Assembly (NCBI GenBank): GCA_028534125.1
Contig: CM052843.1
Span: 16,306,001-16,370,000 of the forward strand
Origin: Lama glama
Taxonomy: Eukaryota
Length of the DNA stretch: 64,000 nt
Direction: 5' to 3'
A program made the position numbers and the translations under genes. The notes under the pieces were generated by a model that worked only from the letters and a program-made list of their open reading frames with translations, was not told the DNA's origin and ran no database searches. This document shows positions 37,920 to 51,809 of this stretch, piece after piece; within the stretch, counting starts at the first letter, position 1, and every line of letters starts with the position of its first letter.

Positions 37920-38419
37920 NNNNNNNNNNNNNNNNNNNNNNNNNNNNNNNNNNNNNNNNNNNNNNNNNNNNNNNNNNNNNNNNNNNNNNNNNNNNNNNNN
38001 NNNNNNNNNNNNNNNNNNNNNNNNNNNNNNNNNNNNNNNNNNNNNNNNNNNNNNNNNNNNNNNNNNNNNNNNNNNNNNNNNNNNNNNNNNNNNNNNNNNN
38101 NNNNNNNNNNNNNNNNNNNNNNNNNNNNNNNNNNNNNNNNNNNNNNNNNNNNNNNNNNNNNNNNNNNNNNNNNNNNNNNNNNNNNNNNNNNNNNNNNNNN
38201 NNNNNNNNNNNNNNNNNNNNNNNNNNNNNNNNNNNNNNNNNNNNNNNNNNNNNNNNNNNNNNNNNNNNNNNNNNNNNNNNNNNNNNNNNNNNNNNNNNNN
38301 NNNNNNNNNNNNNNNNNNNNNNNNNNNNNNNNNNNNNNNNNNNNNNNNNNNNNNNNNNNNNNNNNNNNNNNNNNNNNNNNNNNNNNNNNNNNNNNNNNNN
38401 NNNNNNNNNNNNNNNNNNN
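37920..38419. other. 500-N scaffold gap flanked by an identical 199-bp duplication
   Basis: 37721-37919 is identical to 38420-38618. Confidence 0.95.
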
Positions 38420-38488
38420 GAGGGGACCATGCATGACTGATGAGTACGGAAAGAAGCGACAAATTCCAAAAAGACTTTTCTTTAAAAA

Positions 38489-38672
38489 CCTCTGCTGTGT
38501 AACACAGGGAACCATATTCCATATCTTGTAATAACCTACAATGGAAAAGAATCTGAAAAAGAATAGATCTGTATACCTGTATATAACTGAATCTCTTTGC
38601 TGTGCACCAGAAACCAACACAACATTGCAAATCAACTATACTTCAATAAAAATAAAATTAAATTAAAAAAAG
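38489..38672 (+). mobile_element. Lineage L1 3' end (also present, duplicated, at ~37790-37919)
   Basis: acacagggaaccatattc…cttgtaataacctacaatggaaaagaatctgaaaaa…aatcaactatacttcaataaaa. Confidence 0.85.
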
Positions 38673-38699
38673 AGACAAAAGAAACTCTACTGAATTGTG

Positions 38700-38860
38700 C
38701 AGAGGCATGAGGGCACACTGGGGTTACTGATAATGGTAATGTTCTTTCTTTTTCTGGGTGTTTGTTACACTGGGGTGGTTACTATGTGTACCATTACACA
38801 CTTACAATTGGTATACATTTCTGAAGGTATGTTTAATACTTCAATAAAATGTTAAAAAAA
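38700..38860 (+). mobile_element. Old L1M (MC/ME) 3' end
   Basis: ggcatgaggg…ggtaatgttct…ggtggttac…tacttcaataaaatg. Confidence 0.65.
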
Positions 38861-41029
38861 CTTATTGAAAAATTCATGCTTAAATATCTCTATACTGAAA
38901 GAAAACCCATAATAAAACTCACATGAATATGCGGGCCAGGCTGAAAGGTGAGGACAAGGAGGGACTGAATCTCCCTCACTGTGAACTACTGACCATGCCA
39001 TCTGGGAAGAATGCTTTGAGCATTTGAGACACGTTATTTTGGAGGTCCTCCCAACAGACTCGGGCAGGAGGCATGGCTAACTGGTCCCCAGCAGACGAGA
39101 GGCTGGGCGTGTGGGTCCCACTCTAGTTGCAGGAGCTACAGCCTAGCGTGACCGTGGATGGGACATTTATGATGGGACGCACAGAGAACCTGGTGGTTGT
39201 GCCTTGGTTTGAGTGGGCTAGAAAGTAAAGAAAGATTCAAAAAGTGAGGTCCACGGTGGAGGGAGAAGGGGCAAAAGTGAGTCTGAAGCTAAGGACTGAA
39301 AACTGAGCCAAAAAAGGTCTTCAGTTGGGAAGCCTGGCCGGGAGTGACCGCGGTTCTCCTCTGAACAGATCAGCTTCCTCTTTCTTGTGCAGCTTCTCTG
39401 CATTTGTGGGAAAGTCTCACTGCTCTCCAATCAAAATCTCTCCGGGTTTTCGAGACCTGCTGTCTCCCTGGCCCAGTGCACCAGTTTCAGTGACTATCTA
39501 GAGAAAGAGGAGTCAGAGGAATTATTTCCTGAGAAACAATAATGTCCCACCTTCCTTATGGAGGCCGCACCCCTAAGTTGTGGCAGATGTCTGTTTCAGC
39601 TGAGCCTGAAGAACCACACCCCAGGATGTTTTCCAGCACTTTTTATCCTGTGGAATGGAAATGTGGTTCTTTCAGGCACCCCGATGAGCTGGCAGAGTCT
39701 TTCTGAAGGTCACCCGATACCATCTCAGCCCCCATCCCTTTCTTCGTGTCCTTTCTGCAAGCCTGCACTCCATCAGTGGCCGGGGCAGTGGGCGGCCCAG
39801 TACAGGCATGGTGACGTTTACAGATCCCATGTGGAACAGCTTTGAATGTGCTGAATAATTTGTTACAACCGTGGGAGGTGGGAGCAGGTTTGTAACAGAA
39901 AGGAAAAGAGAGTCATATTAATAATGTCTCCTCCATCCGGCCTGGGACACTGCTTTTAAAAAAGAGACCAAGAGAGAAATGATGGGCAGCTTTGCAGTTT
40001 CAACCAGTGGTGTATGCTTTTAACATTTCGGGGAAGGTGAAGGCATCGAGCAGAAAGCCCTGTGAGGACCTGGGAGTGGCCGTCAGCCGGAGCTACGTGG
40101 GGACAGCTGTGGCCTGAGGCACCGGTCTGCCCCATAGGTCAGTCATTCCTACAGGATTCAAATTAGGTTGCCTAGGAAGAACACAATCAAACCCTGTTGG
40201 CTAGAGGGGAGAAGTGAGACATGATTCTTTCATTCAGACAGCAAGTATTTACTGCGTGTGTGCTGTGTGCAGTCCTAGGCAGCTGCTGAGGTACCGATGC
40301 TGCTGGTTTTCAATAAATCCCAGCGAGTAACTAACTCATAATCCACGAGCAGCATTTTATGCTTTGTTCACATTCGAGGCTCAAATCAGAAATCCTCGTC
40401 CATCTGGTTGTATCCACAATATTCAAGATTGTCTCAATTTGGTACAGCGAAGCCGACAAACACATAATAGAAATTTTTTTTTTCCTAACCAGTCACACAC
40501 TTTGGAAAACAATGGGAAATTATTCACACGGTGCAGAATTATCTTTATTCAGAAGATCACATAAGCCGCATGTTCACAGTCAAAAACATTTTACGTTCGC
40601 AGTAAACACCAGTCATTTATGCAGGAGCTTCCCAGGGTTGGGAGATATTTTTATTGCCTCATTTTGCTTCTGTCAAAGAAATGGAAGAGATGCTTTTAAC
40701 CTATTATCAATTCTACATCAGGTGTAGAGTCGGGCAAAGCATTAAAAAGAGATAGGGGAGGAGAGGAGGGATCTCCACTGATCCCTGTAAAGGAAGCAGA
40801 TTTGGACGTGGTCACCCAGACACCCTCTTTAATTCTCTTAAAAAGCAGAAAAAATGTGTATGTCCTAATTCGCAGAGGCACACACATCCCCACACACAGT
40901 TACTCATGGATTCGAAGGAAATGTAACTTTAGTTACGGCTTCAGGGAAAGGGTCCACGTGTAGCTCTCTCCTTTGAGCAGGGAGTTGGAAAGTCACACTC
41001 TCCACTGTAAATGAGCAAGTCAGTAAGGC

Positions 41030-41510
41030 GGTTCGGCAGACAGAATAAAGGCTCCCCCCCGCAGATGTGGTCACACTCATCTCCAGGTTATTGGATATAT
41101 TCCTTTGAATGACAAAAAAGCCTTTGCCAAGGTGATTAAATTAAAGACCTTACAATGAGACCAGTCTGGGTTATCCAGGTGTGCCCAGTCTCATCACATG
41201 GGTCCTGAAAGCAGAGGCTCTGCCCCAGCTGTAGTCAGAGGCAGGTGTGGCCAGAGAGACGCAATGTTGCTGGCTTTAAAGAGGGGGTGCACCAGCCAAG
41301 GGACAGGGTGGTCTCTAGAAGCTGGAAAAGGCCATGCAACAGATTCTGCCTTAGTGTCTCCATGAAGGAACCAAGTCCTGCCAGCACCTGGATTTGAGCC
41401 CAGTGGGAACTGTATGGGGGCTTCCAACCTGCAGAGCTGTAAGATAATGTGGTTATTCTGAGCCACTGCTTTGTGGTAACTCTTTATAGCAGCAACAGAA
41501 GACCAACACA
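41030..41510 (+). mobile_element. MLT1D-type MaLR LTR
   Basis: ggcagacagaataa…gtgattaaattaaagacctt…ttatccaggtg.gccc…ctctagaagctggaaaagg…tttgtggtaa…atagcagcaacagaa…aacaca. Confidence 0.85.
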
Positions 41511-44500
41511 GGTGGGCTGGCAAATAAGGATTCCTTAGTGCTAATATCTCAAATAAGTACACAAAACTGTTGTGACTAAAATGTCAACAATTACTATTAG
41601 AGGTAGGTCTGGTTACATTTGGTAAAAAGATGGACAAAATCAGGTAACAGTGCTTGATGTCAACAACCATATAGCAAGTCCCTTCCACAGAGTAGGGAAT
41701 ATTAATTGCTATTCAATATTCATTAAGTCATATAAAGTTATGCTTCTGTTTTGATTATGAAAGCATTGTTGAGGGCCTTACCCTTTATTTCACTCAATAT
41801 ATTTTACGTAATGTACCACAAATGGGAAGTTTCCCTCAAAGTTTAGAACCAGGAGAAATTTTCCTCGTCATACTCATGGTGAACGGTTGTAGACAGTCCC
41901 CTAAGATCGTTTCAAGTATGTGACTTAGTCCCACAATTTTTTTTTTTTGGGAGTAGGAGCCAGATCTGTCTTGTTCTTAGTTACTTTCAACACCTAGTGC
42001 TAAACACAAGGGATTCACCCCTAAATTATTTGTGAACTGAATGAATTAATGACTAAATCTTGACTGAAGAGTGGCTCAGGGCTGGGTTTTGTGCATCACC
42101 AGTCCTTGCCGATTGCCATGTTGACTTTATCATCAGCAGAACTGCTTTTCTTGGTTCTTCCTTTACTGTTTCTTCTTTCTTTTTTCTAGCTTCATTACAT
42201 TTGTGTCGTCTGCTCTCAAAGGACTTAGCTTGTGGGGAAAAAAAGAATACTTGCATACTAACTATGATAAGATGAAAAAGCACTAAAAAAGATATTTAAG
42301 TGACACAGAAACCAAAAGAGAGAAGCGGCTAAAGTCACTGGCGCTTTGTTCTGGGGAGAAGGGCTTCTAAAGTGAAGGAGTGTCACTGACACCGATGGCT
42401 GTCTGGGGGACACTGAATAACCTAGTGTTGCTAGCGCGTAAACTAGTGGGAGAAGAATCTGGAGAAGACGGTAGGGTAACACTGTACAGGACAAGGACAC
42501 TGAGCTGAGGAAGTGCGGCGTCCACCCTAGGCAGCAGTGAGCTCCCCAGGGGTTCTGAGAAGCCTGACGTGCTTATTTCTGTGTTTCAAGCAAACAAAGT
42601 AGAACAAAAGTCTGATGACAATAGAATGGATAGTTTCGAGAAATCAGAATGTTGTTGTTACAATACTGTAGGGAGCAAACAGCCAGCACTAAAGCCTATA
42701 CGGCTCGGGACAGACTTCGAGGGAAGCTGGAGTAGAATGGACACGACCCAGCCAGTGATTGGAAGTGAGGACTGGGAGGGAGGAGAAGAGAAGATGGCTC
42801 TGGGATGACGACGTTTTGATTAGAGCAACAGAAATACAAGAGAGAGGCACTGAAGAGACGGATCTCCTCTGTGTGGAATGACAACCACTTGCCAGGTTTG
42901 GTTCCAGACACTTTATATTCACAGTCACTCTACAAAGTAGGTCCCCTCGCCGTCTTTCTCCAGCTGCACGAGGAGTTTCAGTGTCTTCTCCATGGTCCTG
43001 CAGCAATTTAGAGGCAGAAATCTCCCCCTGGTCCATCAGAGGACAAGGTCGTGCCCTTCATGGTCTTCTTCACAGTCCAGTTTCATTCTGGACGCGGTGA
43101 GCTTGAACCCAGAAGAACAGTCACCCCCAGAAAGCCGTTACAGATGTGCACGTGGTGCCCCCGAGAATACCTGGGGCGCGGGATTTCAAGTCACCTGAGA
43201 GTAGATGACGGCTGGGGAAGCATCTGAGGGAATTTGGGAAGGACACATGGGAACAAAGAAGAGTAGGAATGTTACTCCTGAAGGGTTGGTGGAGAAGAAG
43301 AAGTCAGAAGGGGAAGCTGAGAAGAAGTAGCAGGAGGAGTGAGAAATGAAGGGGAGAGCGGCACCGGAGTCTAGAGGGGCGTGTCCAGAAGGAGCAGGTG
43401 GCATAACCTAGAAACATTACAGGAGGGTGAGAAACAGGAAGGGGCCACTGAATTTTGCAAAGGGAAACCCATTAGGGACCCGGCAAGGGCAGCATCGTGT
43501 GAACCGTCAGGTTATCAGGAGAGCCCAGGAGCAAGACTGGAGGGCTGGGTGGTGAGGAGGAACGAAGAAATAAAGCCTGTTCTTTGTGACATTTAGCAGT
43601 GACAGGAAGACTAAAGACAGGACAGAGGATGCAGGAACAAGGGGAAGAAAGAGAAGGTACTTTTTTCTGTATATTTGAATGCCTATAGGAAGGCTTCTTT
43701 AGGTACAACCAGCGACGGAGAGGGAAGAATATGCATATCTGAGAAAGCGACAGATTTTCCTCACTGTCTCGGGAGGTCAGATGTGAATGCTGACGCTCAG
43801 TGCTGGGCTCCATCCCCCTGATGGCCACCTGCCGTGGTGGCAAGGGTCGCTGCAGGACGGACTGCAGACAGAGCTCTGGGCAGCTCTACGGCACATCTAG
43901 AAAACGGGGACCATTCAAACCCTCTTTAACTTAAACATAATATCCAATGAGGTTATATTGGTATTTAAAATGTATCCACTTAGGACAAATGCTGTGTCTG
44001 AGACATGACTCATCACTTAGCACAGTTGTATGGTTGGTAAATACCGAGGACAGTCACTCGAGTGGATGATTTCACTTTGCACACATCCCGGAGCACCGAT
44101 TTGAATATTCACACACAGTGAGTGGAAGTCCAGTGGCTTACATTTGCTACAGAGATTGATTTCAGCTTTTAAGTGAGCGACCATAAAACAAAAACTTAGA
44201 GGAGGAAGAATGTCGGGGAAGGTCTGGCCCCGTCGTACAGATTACACAACAGCAAGGATGCACATTTTGCAGAAAGCTCATACATCAGCGGTGGAGAGGG
44301 TAGAATCGAGTCTGAGTCCAGAAGGGGAGCCTCAAGAGCAGGAAAAGCTTAGAATCAGCAACAGCCCTGAGAGATGAGGCGACTCGGAAAAGACACGTGT
44401 GAGGAGACAGCTTTGTAAGGCGGAGGGAGTTGAGAAAGCCAAGGAAGGTTGGCAAGAGAAGCATGTCAGCCCTGAGCAGAAAGTCTGAAAGGAGCACAAT

Positions 44501-46759
44501 CCAGGTTGCATCCGAGATTATTCTGCCCCCGGAAGAGCAATTTTCAAAAGAGAGAAGAGAAAGATTTAGGATTTATGGGCTTTCGGGGCTGAGGGCTGGG
44601 GGTGGGACCTCCCACAGCCCTCATGGAGAGTCAGGGTGTGATTTCTTCCTCTACATCCTGTTCTTTCCTAGAGTCACTATATTTTCAACAAAACTGGGGG
44701 ATTTGGGAACAATACAATTATGCTATCAATGATCTTTGCCTTCCCCACATTCTCGGCTCAGTCTAGTTGGAAACAGCCAAAAACAACATAAACGGGACCA
44801 CTAGAAAAAGGAACATGCGTACACATCTGTTGATGGGCATGCAGTTAGCATAACAGAGGAACAACTGATATATTCTCAAATTTCCTGAAAACCTGAGATG
44901 CTTTGCTTTTGTTTAGCGGTCACATTTGGCCGAGTGAACCCCACTTCCTCCCTCCTGACAGCCGAGGCACCATCTCCGCTGCTCCCGGGATGCGCGCTGA
45001 TCGGGCTGCACTCCCTCCCTGGTGCCTTTGGGTCTCCTTCCCTCCCTGGGTCTCTCTGATGACTCCCTCTCCCTCCCCGTCCAAACCCCTCTGCCTCCAC
45101 CCTGACGTCAAATATAGCTTGTTCTTCCAGGTCCAACAACACTGTCCTTTCCTGGACCAGACCCTCCCCACCATGGGGTCCTTCTCTCTCGCCCTTCTCA
45201 CTGGTATGCGGTGTCACAGAGGTAACATCTAATCGTCTTCTGATCGTTTCTTACATTTTAGAACAAAGTCTGACATTTTTCTCCTGGGCTTTAAGCCCAT
45301 GTTGCATTTGTCCTCAGTTGAGGAAGACATGATAAATGCTCTTATCTAAAGCTTTCAACTGCTCAAATAAATCTCCAAGAAAGCAGACAAGATTCAAAGA
45401 GCATAGGATTACAAAAAAGAATATTTGGGTTCAAATCCAGACTCTGACACCAACTCACCATGTGGGGTTGAGGACGATAGAATTCTCTGGCACACTGAAA
45501 TCCCCAGGCCCTGCGACATTGCTCAGTGACCAGCCATCCACACATTCAGACCCTTCCAAACACACTTCCGTGAAGTGTTCACTGAAGTTAGTGTCAACCT
45601 TAAAACATTAGGTCTGATCTTCCTCTTGAAATAAATCATCAGTTCTCCCCCCGTGTTATCAGTTCTTAGAAGATGCTTCAAGCATGTCAAGACAGAATAA
45701 AAAGGAAGATTAATTGATGAACTGAAAAATCCTTGCAGTGACAAGGACATAAAAAGAAAAAAGAGAGAGGGGGGGGGGAAGAAAAAAAAGACCAGAGCTA
45801 GGGCACTGCCTTCTTTTGTAGTCCTTGTTTATCTCAGGTTTCAAGGTTTTATCAGTGGGATGGCCAGCTTACAGCCTTAAAAACATGCTGCCAAAATTGT
45901 TAATAAAGGGGAACATGTAAGTCCTCCTCTTGTCATTAACTAACCTTGATTAAAGCTCCTATTTATAGTGACTTTCAACCCCTTGGAAGATACGATGCTA
46001 TAACCTTTGCCATTTTATTTCCCTTCCCAATGAAACGCAAAACAGCATTTTCTTCTAAGTTAACATAAATAAAGTTTAATTTTGCTTGAAGACGTTAAAT
46101 GAAACACCTCTCAAATAAATGGTAGATACCATAAATAGTGCAGAGTTGGATTTGGGACTCATTCAGGGGCATTCTGTCCTAAACAAGCAGCAAAAAGAAC
46201 AGAAAATCCAGCTTCTATCTTCAAAAAGTGTGATCCCTGGCAGCTTCTACCAAGTTCCCATCATGGGCCAGGAAACACCTTTTCATCCTGACAGCAGTCT
46301 TTCGTGTAGGTGTCCCATTACTTCTATCTTAGTTATGTTTAGGACAGTCACACGGCACAAGCTGACACCTGCTACAGAACCAGGTATCAACAAGGAACCC
46401 CTTCCTGGGGTCTGGTGGAGAATCTGAACTGGTAAAAGTGGGAGAACATGGAATAAAAAGGATTACAGGTAGAAAGCTACAAAAGGAGACATTTGAGTCA
46501 GTCTTGAAACTATAATTAGATGCAGATAGATGGTATTATGTGGGAAGAACATTCCAAAAACTAAAATAAAATAAAAGAAGAGTGTCTGGCAAGGAAAGTC
46601 CACCCGTGCTTTGCTTGCTCCATGTCAGGTGTCCCCAGTATGCTGTAAGATTCATCACCTCCGAGGCTCTGCCTTGCTCCCAGCTACAATTCCAAGTCCT
46701 AGTCTACAGTAAGACAAGCTGAATGAAGGGAAATGCATGTATAATCACTTAGTAGACTG

Positions 46760-47400
46760 AGTCATTGACCCAATTCTTTATTCATCATGTATCTGGGATC
46801 TTTGCCTTGTAACTTTTCAGCTCCTCTCTAAAATGGCCATTCTGTTATGGACTGAATGTGTTTTTCCAAAATTCATGTATTGACACCCTAACCCGCAATA
46901 TGATGGTATTTGGAGGCGGGGCTTTGGGCAGGTAACTAAATTAAGATCAGGTCCTGGGGGGGGGGCTCATGATGGGATTAGTGACCTTGTAAGAAGAGAG
47001 GCCCCTCTCCAGGCACAGGCATGGGGGAAAGGCCCTGTGAGCCCACAGCGAGGCGGAGGCTGCGTGCAAGCCAGGGGGAGAGCTCTGACCAAGAACTGGA
47101 CCTGCTTGTGCCTTGACCTCGGACTTCCCAGCCTCCAGACCTGTGAGAAATAAATGTCTACTGTACAAGCACCTACTGTATGGTATTTTGCTATTGCAGC
47201 GTGAGTTGACTAAGACACACTCACTGACTTAGGACTTAGCCATGTAATTTGCTTTGACCAATGAGACTGTATCAGATGTAATCCACGCAGAGGCTTGAAA
47301 TGCACTTGCTTTGTCTGTCGGGCTTCTGCCGATACCACAAGGCGCACGCGGTGGAGTGCATAGGACAGTGGAATGCAAGAGGCAACTGAACAGACTCCTA
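46760..47400 (+). mobile_element. Older MLT1 (F/G/H-like) LTR interrupted by MLT1A/B
   Basis: ctttgccttgtaactttt.cagctcctc before the insert; ttagccatgtaatttgctttgaccaatgaga…gcagaggcttgaaatg after it. Confidence 0.6.
46843..47217 (+). mobile_element. MLT1A/B MaLR LTR, near full length
   Basis: tgttatggactgaatgtg…aaattcatgt…gatgggattagtg.ccttgtaagaagag…gactaagaca; 5-bp TSD cattc/cactc. Confidence 0.88.
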
Positions 47401-47823
47401 TAACAAAGCTGAAGCATGAAGACGCCACTTGGGTTCGAGAGTGGAGCTGGAGGTAGGAATGCGATCAGCAGAAGGCAGCCGAAGGACGGTCTTCATAATC
47501 CAATGTAAAAGCTGACATTTCAGAAGCAAGTCCGAGGAGGAAAGCAATGACGTTACAGAATCTCAACAACGGAGTTGAATAAGATAAACCCAAAACTGGA
47601 GACTACAGAAATAAGCATTCTTCAGACCAGTTCTGCCCTGCTCAGCGACAACAGTTGCGATCTGCTATCTTTATGGCCCTTTTTTTTTTTTTTGACAAAG
47701 CCACCAGGGATCTTGTTTTACACTGTTAAATATTATTCTCAATCCATCCCAAAGGCCTGATTATTACAAACCTTCCTCACGTGTGATGGTAAAGTACAGT
47801 CATTATCAATGTGCATCTGTTAA

Positions 47824-47847
47824 ACACACACACACACACACACACAC
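47824..47847. repeat. (CA)n microsatellite
   Basis: Direct observation. Confidence 0.9.
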
Positions 47848-49994
47848 CTTGCAATGTTCTAAAAACCAAATAAAAGAAACCAAGCAACAAGAGAGGGTAT
47901 GAATGCATGAATGCCAAGTAAAGCGGCTTACCCACCTTCCCCTTTCCCACTCAGCCACTTCAACAGTAGGTGCCAATAGGCTGACTAATGTTAATCCTAA
48001 GATTTTTGTAGTTAATACACCCAGGCTGACAATGCCAGAAACTCAGTCTGCAGCAATCAGTAAACGAAATTCCAGAGAAACATAAATACCCAAGGGCATG
48101 GGAATCAAAGCCCCAGCTGCACCGCACCAGACTGGCTCTCAACATCAAGTTCAAATTCGGCTCTCGGTGCATTTTATCAGGGGTATTCTGGGTCTCTCCT
48201 AGTTGCTTAAGGGGCTTCTCCTAATTGGAATTGCCCTCTGTGAAATAGGATGAAGGTCTTTGGTATGTCTCTACTGAAAATAGGCCTGGAACCAAGCAGG
48301 AACTGGTGGGTTAGAAGTGAATTATAGGATTAGCAGGCCATTTTCTGCTCCTATTGTAAGAGTTTATTCTAAACTAAATTGCCTGCAAGGCAACAGACAC
48401 CTTTACAACTTGTGCCAGGAGCTTGAAAAGAAAATTCAGGTTATATCTAGAAGTCACTACCCACATATCTTGTATTCCACTGAACTTTGCTTCAATTATC
48501 ATCACTGGTTTTTGTTGCTAAAAGAGAATGTACATCCCATCTTCCACTATTCATCTTCAAGTCTACAATGGAGACAAGCATTTTATGTTCAGTAGTTCAT
48601 TTTGCTATAATTTGTCATTCTCTTTCTTTCCCTCAAGTTCTACATTTTCATGACTAAAAGCTATTGAATGACATAGTTTAGAAGTTTCCTCTTTCTGTAA
48701 TAGCTATCAAAAAGCACTTCAAACACTTTGAATTTTGTCAAGGTAAGACATACAGAATTTACTTTAGCCTAGAGCAGAAGAAACAACTTCTTTTCCAGAT
48801 TATCAACTCCTTAGTTGGCAGCTGTATCATTAAGGAAATGTCTTTTTTTTTTTAAGACCTTGAACTTCAATGCCTTCTTAACTGTGAAACTCATTAAGTG
48901 TTCAGAAATGACATTATTCTCTAAAGCTCATACCCATTAAGCGGAGCATACCCATTGTAGTTACAGAGATACTGGGGAATCACGGCTCCGGTGAGGAGGC
49001 AGGAAAATTGGAGACCACAGACTGAAATTAAAGCATTCCCACCAAGAAACTAATTGCATAAACAATACAGAGCAAATGAAACTTCTGCTCCCCCAAAGAG
49101 GCACTAAAATTAGTTTAATCTAATCACACAGCACAACCCATGTTAGCTCTGCCTTTTTGAAGGAGGGTCTGGAGTAGCTCTTTTCAAAGAGGCAGAAGGG
49201 TCTCTCTTCCCAAATTCCCTGACACCACTGAAACCTACTCTTCATATTCATTTTAACTCTACCATGAGGTCTGTTGAATAGATGCATGTGTGAGTGAATG
49301 AATGAATGGATGCACGTGAGCTTGGGACAAGCAACGCAAGTGGATGTCCTACTAAACTTGTTTCAGCAGTTCCGCATGTCAGCCAGAGTCAGAGGGCGAG
49401 ATGGTGCTGCATGGAATTCCCTTCTCTGTGGTTCTGCTCCTTGCATGGGAGCTCTCTCCATCTCTGATCGCCATCCAGGAGGCTCTGGACAAGCCCTGAT
49501 ACCTAGCACTTTCAACATCAATTAGGCAGGACTGTGGTAAAGACCAGAAACTCACTGGGGTTATTAAAACATGTGACTTTTCCCCATGTAGCACAGCTCT
49601 GGTCAGAATGCTGGCTATATCAGTTTTTATGCCCCTTGGGAGGCAATATAAGATGAGCATTATTAGCAGTCTAGTTTAAAACTGCTTATTTCTTCTTGTG
49701 TCTATTTATAGTTTTCTGCCTTTTTAATGTTTACAAAATTTCAGCAGTAAGCATATCATTAAAAGCTATTAAATTAAAAGGGCATGATGATTTTAATAAA
49801 AGCATGTAACTACAAATGACACTTACAAATATAAGGTGTCCCCAAACTCAGTGTTCAATGACTAGACTGAAAATTCCTTGCTTAGACTGATCAAATGGGG
49901 GCAAGCTTTGGTTCAACTGTGCGGTGAGTGAGCCCTGGGCTGGAGTCAGCACAGCCGGACCCCATTGCCAAAGGGTTTTCCAGTGGGAAGGAGC

Positions 49995-50180
49995 AGGCTT
50001 GGGACTCAGCCCTCGGGTTAACTTATTAGCTGTGTGACCTTGAGCAAACTACCTCACCCTTATGAATCTCAATTCTCTTATCTGTAAGTTAGGACTCTTA
50101 GTTCACAGAGCTGTTGAGATATTAAGTAATGTGAATAAATAGCTTAGCACAGTACAAGATAAGTCAATAAATGATAGTAA
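49995..50180 (+). mobile_element. MIR SINE
   Basis: acttattagctgtgtgaccttgagcaa…tctcaattctcttatctgtaa…gcttagcacagt…tcaataaatgatag. Confidence 0.75.
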
Positions 50181-50760
50181 AAATATCTATACTTTGGGTG
50201 CTTCAGTTAACTCTCTATAGTTCAATTTTCTTTCTTTTTTATGTATTTAAAAAAAATTCTAAAGTCCTTCCTGTCCCACAAGAGTTCATTTGTAATCAAT
50301 TTTATACATTCTCTGTTTAACTAACCCCCACGAGCTGACAGCAGGTCTGCTTTTGTATCCCCCATTACACTTGCATCATTGATCAAATGAATTTATTGAA
50401 AAAAGCAGTTTAGCACTAAAGAGATGTACCTACTACGTAATTCTCAGAGGGCTGATTTTAACATTTAATTAATACTCTCTGCTCATTTATTTATTTCTAG
50501 TTCTTAGCTATATACATCTCCTTTCCTCTGGCTGGCATAGTGTCTATTTTTCTGCCTACATAACAACTCTCTTTTTTCACTAGTGTCAATCCCTCATTCA
50601 AATCTATTCTTAATTATTGAATTATTATTACCAAATATTATCGAATCTTATTATCAAATCTATTCAAAATGATTTAACATGGATTTACATAACTTATGCA
50701 TAATCGGGCATGAAACAGTTACAGAAGAACTGCAGTGCAGCAGGCAAACAGTTTTAACTA

Positions 50761-50834
50761 CAGCTGCTGTAGCAAAATGTGATAATGGATAGTGAGAGAC
50801 AGGAAGTAACCACAGAATAAAGGGCTTCTGATAA
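50761..50834. promoter_or_regulatory. Candidate enhancer motif cluster (E-box, GATA x2, ETS, RUNX)
   Basis: CAGCTG 50761, TGATAA 50780 and 50829, ACAGGAAGT 50799-50807, AACCACA 50808-50814, in apparently non-repeat DNA. Confidence 0.35.
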
Positions 50835-51384
50835 TGGAGGCAGAGATTTCCAAGTAGACCTCAGACCAGACGTTGCTCTTTCCCTCCAAAATTGCTACCA
50901 ATTAAATTACTGATAGCATTTTCTGTTATTCACATGCAGCTGCAAAAAGCATAATTGCAAAATTGGTAGAAAATTGTACTTCCGACATTTTCACAGATTT
51001 GTAAAGTAACAAGTCAGAACATTTGAACTAAATGCTGCAACAAACAATAGCTGGAAGGTCTGTGTTCAGACTAAAATGTGAGCAACTGCAGAGAGAGTTG
51101 AGTAACATCTTGAGATTATTACGTTAGCTCTGATATAAAGAAGAAAACAATTTAATACGGCAGAGCATGGGCCAAATATACAGCACCTGGTAAGACAAGA
51201 AGAAAACCCCAGGATCAAAGGAGACTCCACTTCCCCTGGCCCTCTTTCTCACCCAACCTTCTGGAGAAGGTTTCTATTAGTCATGCTGCATCCCTGAAAT
51301 ACATAATGTGATTGCTTCATCTCTTATTGTCTCCTGTATTTCTTATCATTGCTTCCTCTCAAAGAGGATCGTCATGAAAATTGC

Positions 51385-51776
51385 TACTGCATCAACTAGA
51401 GAAGTAGAACCAGGAAGAGATACTATATTAGGAGATTTAGTGCAAGGATCTGGCTTATAATATGGCTGTGAGGCCCAGATATACAAATCTGAAATCATTA
51501 GGACAGGCCACCATGACGGGCAGATTAGAATCCAAGGACAGGCAGGGGTACAAGTGGAATTTCTTCTCTTAGGGAAGCCAAGCTCTATTTTTGAGGGCTT
51601 TCAACTAATCAAATAAGGCTCACTGAGGTTATCTAAAGTAATCTCTCTTGCATAAAGTCAACTGATTATGAACTTTAATCGCATCTACAAAACACGCACA
51701 CAGTAACACCAAGATTAGTGATTGAATTACTAGGGACTGGACCTTGCCAAACTGACACCTGGAAATGTCTATCACA
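51385..51776 (-). mobile_element. MLT2 (ERVL) LTR
   Basis: aaagtcaactgattatg…ttaatc.catctacaaaa…cacagtaacacc.agattagtg.ttga…gccaaactgacac. Confidence 0.8.
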
Positions 51777-51809
51777 GTAGTTATTACCACTTTTAATATG
51801 AATAAATAA

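Noticed and set aside
37593-38635. Long ORFs of 177-345 aa
   Set aside because: Artefacts of translating through the N gap and L1 3'UTR.
50595-50670. Degenerate ~11-13-bp AT-rich tandem repeats
   Set aside because: Low-complexity slippage with no spacer structure; nothing CRISPR-like, and none is expected in mammalian DNA.
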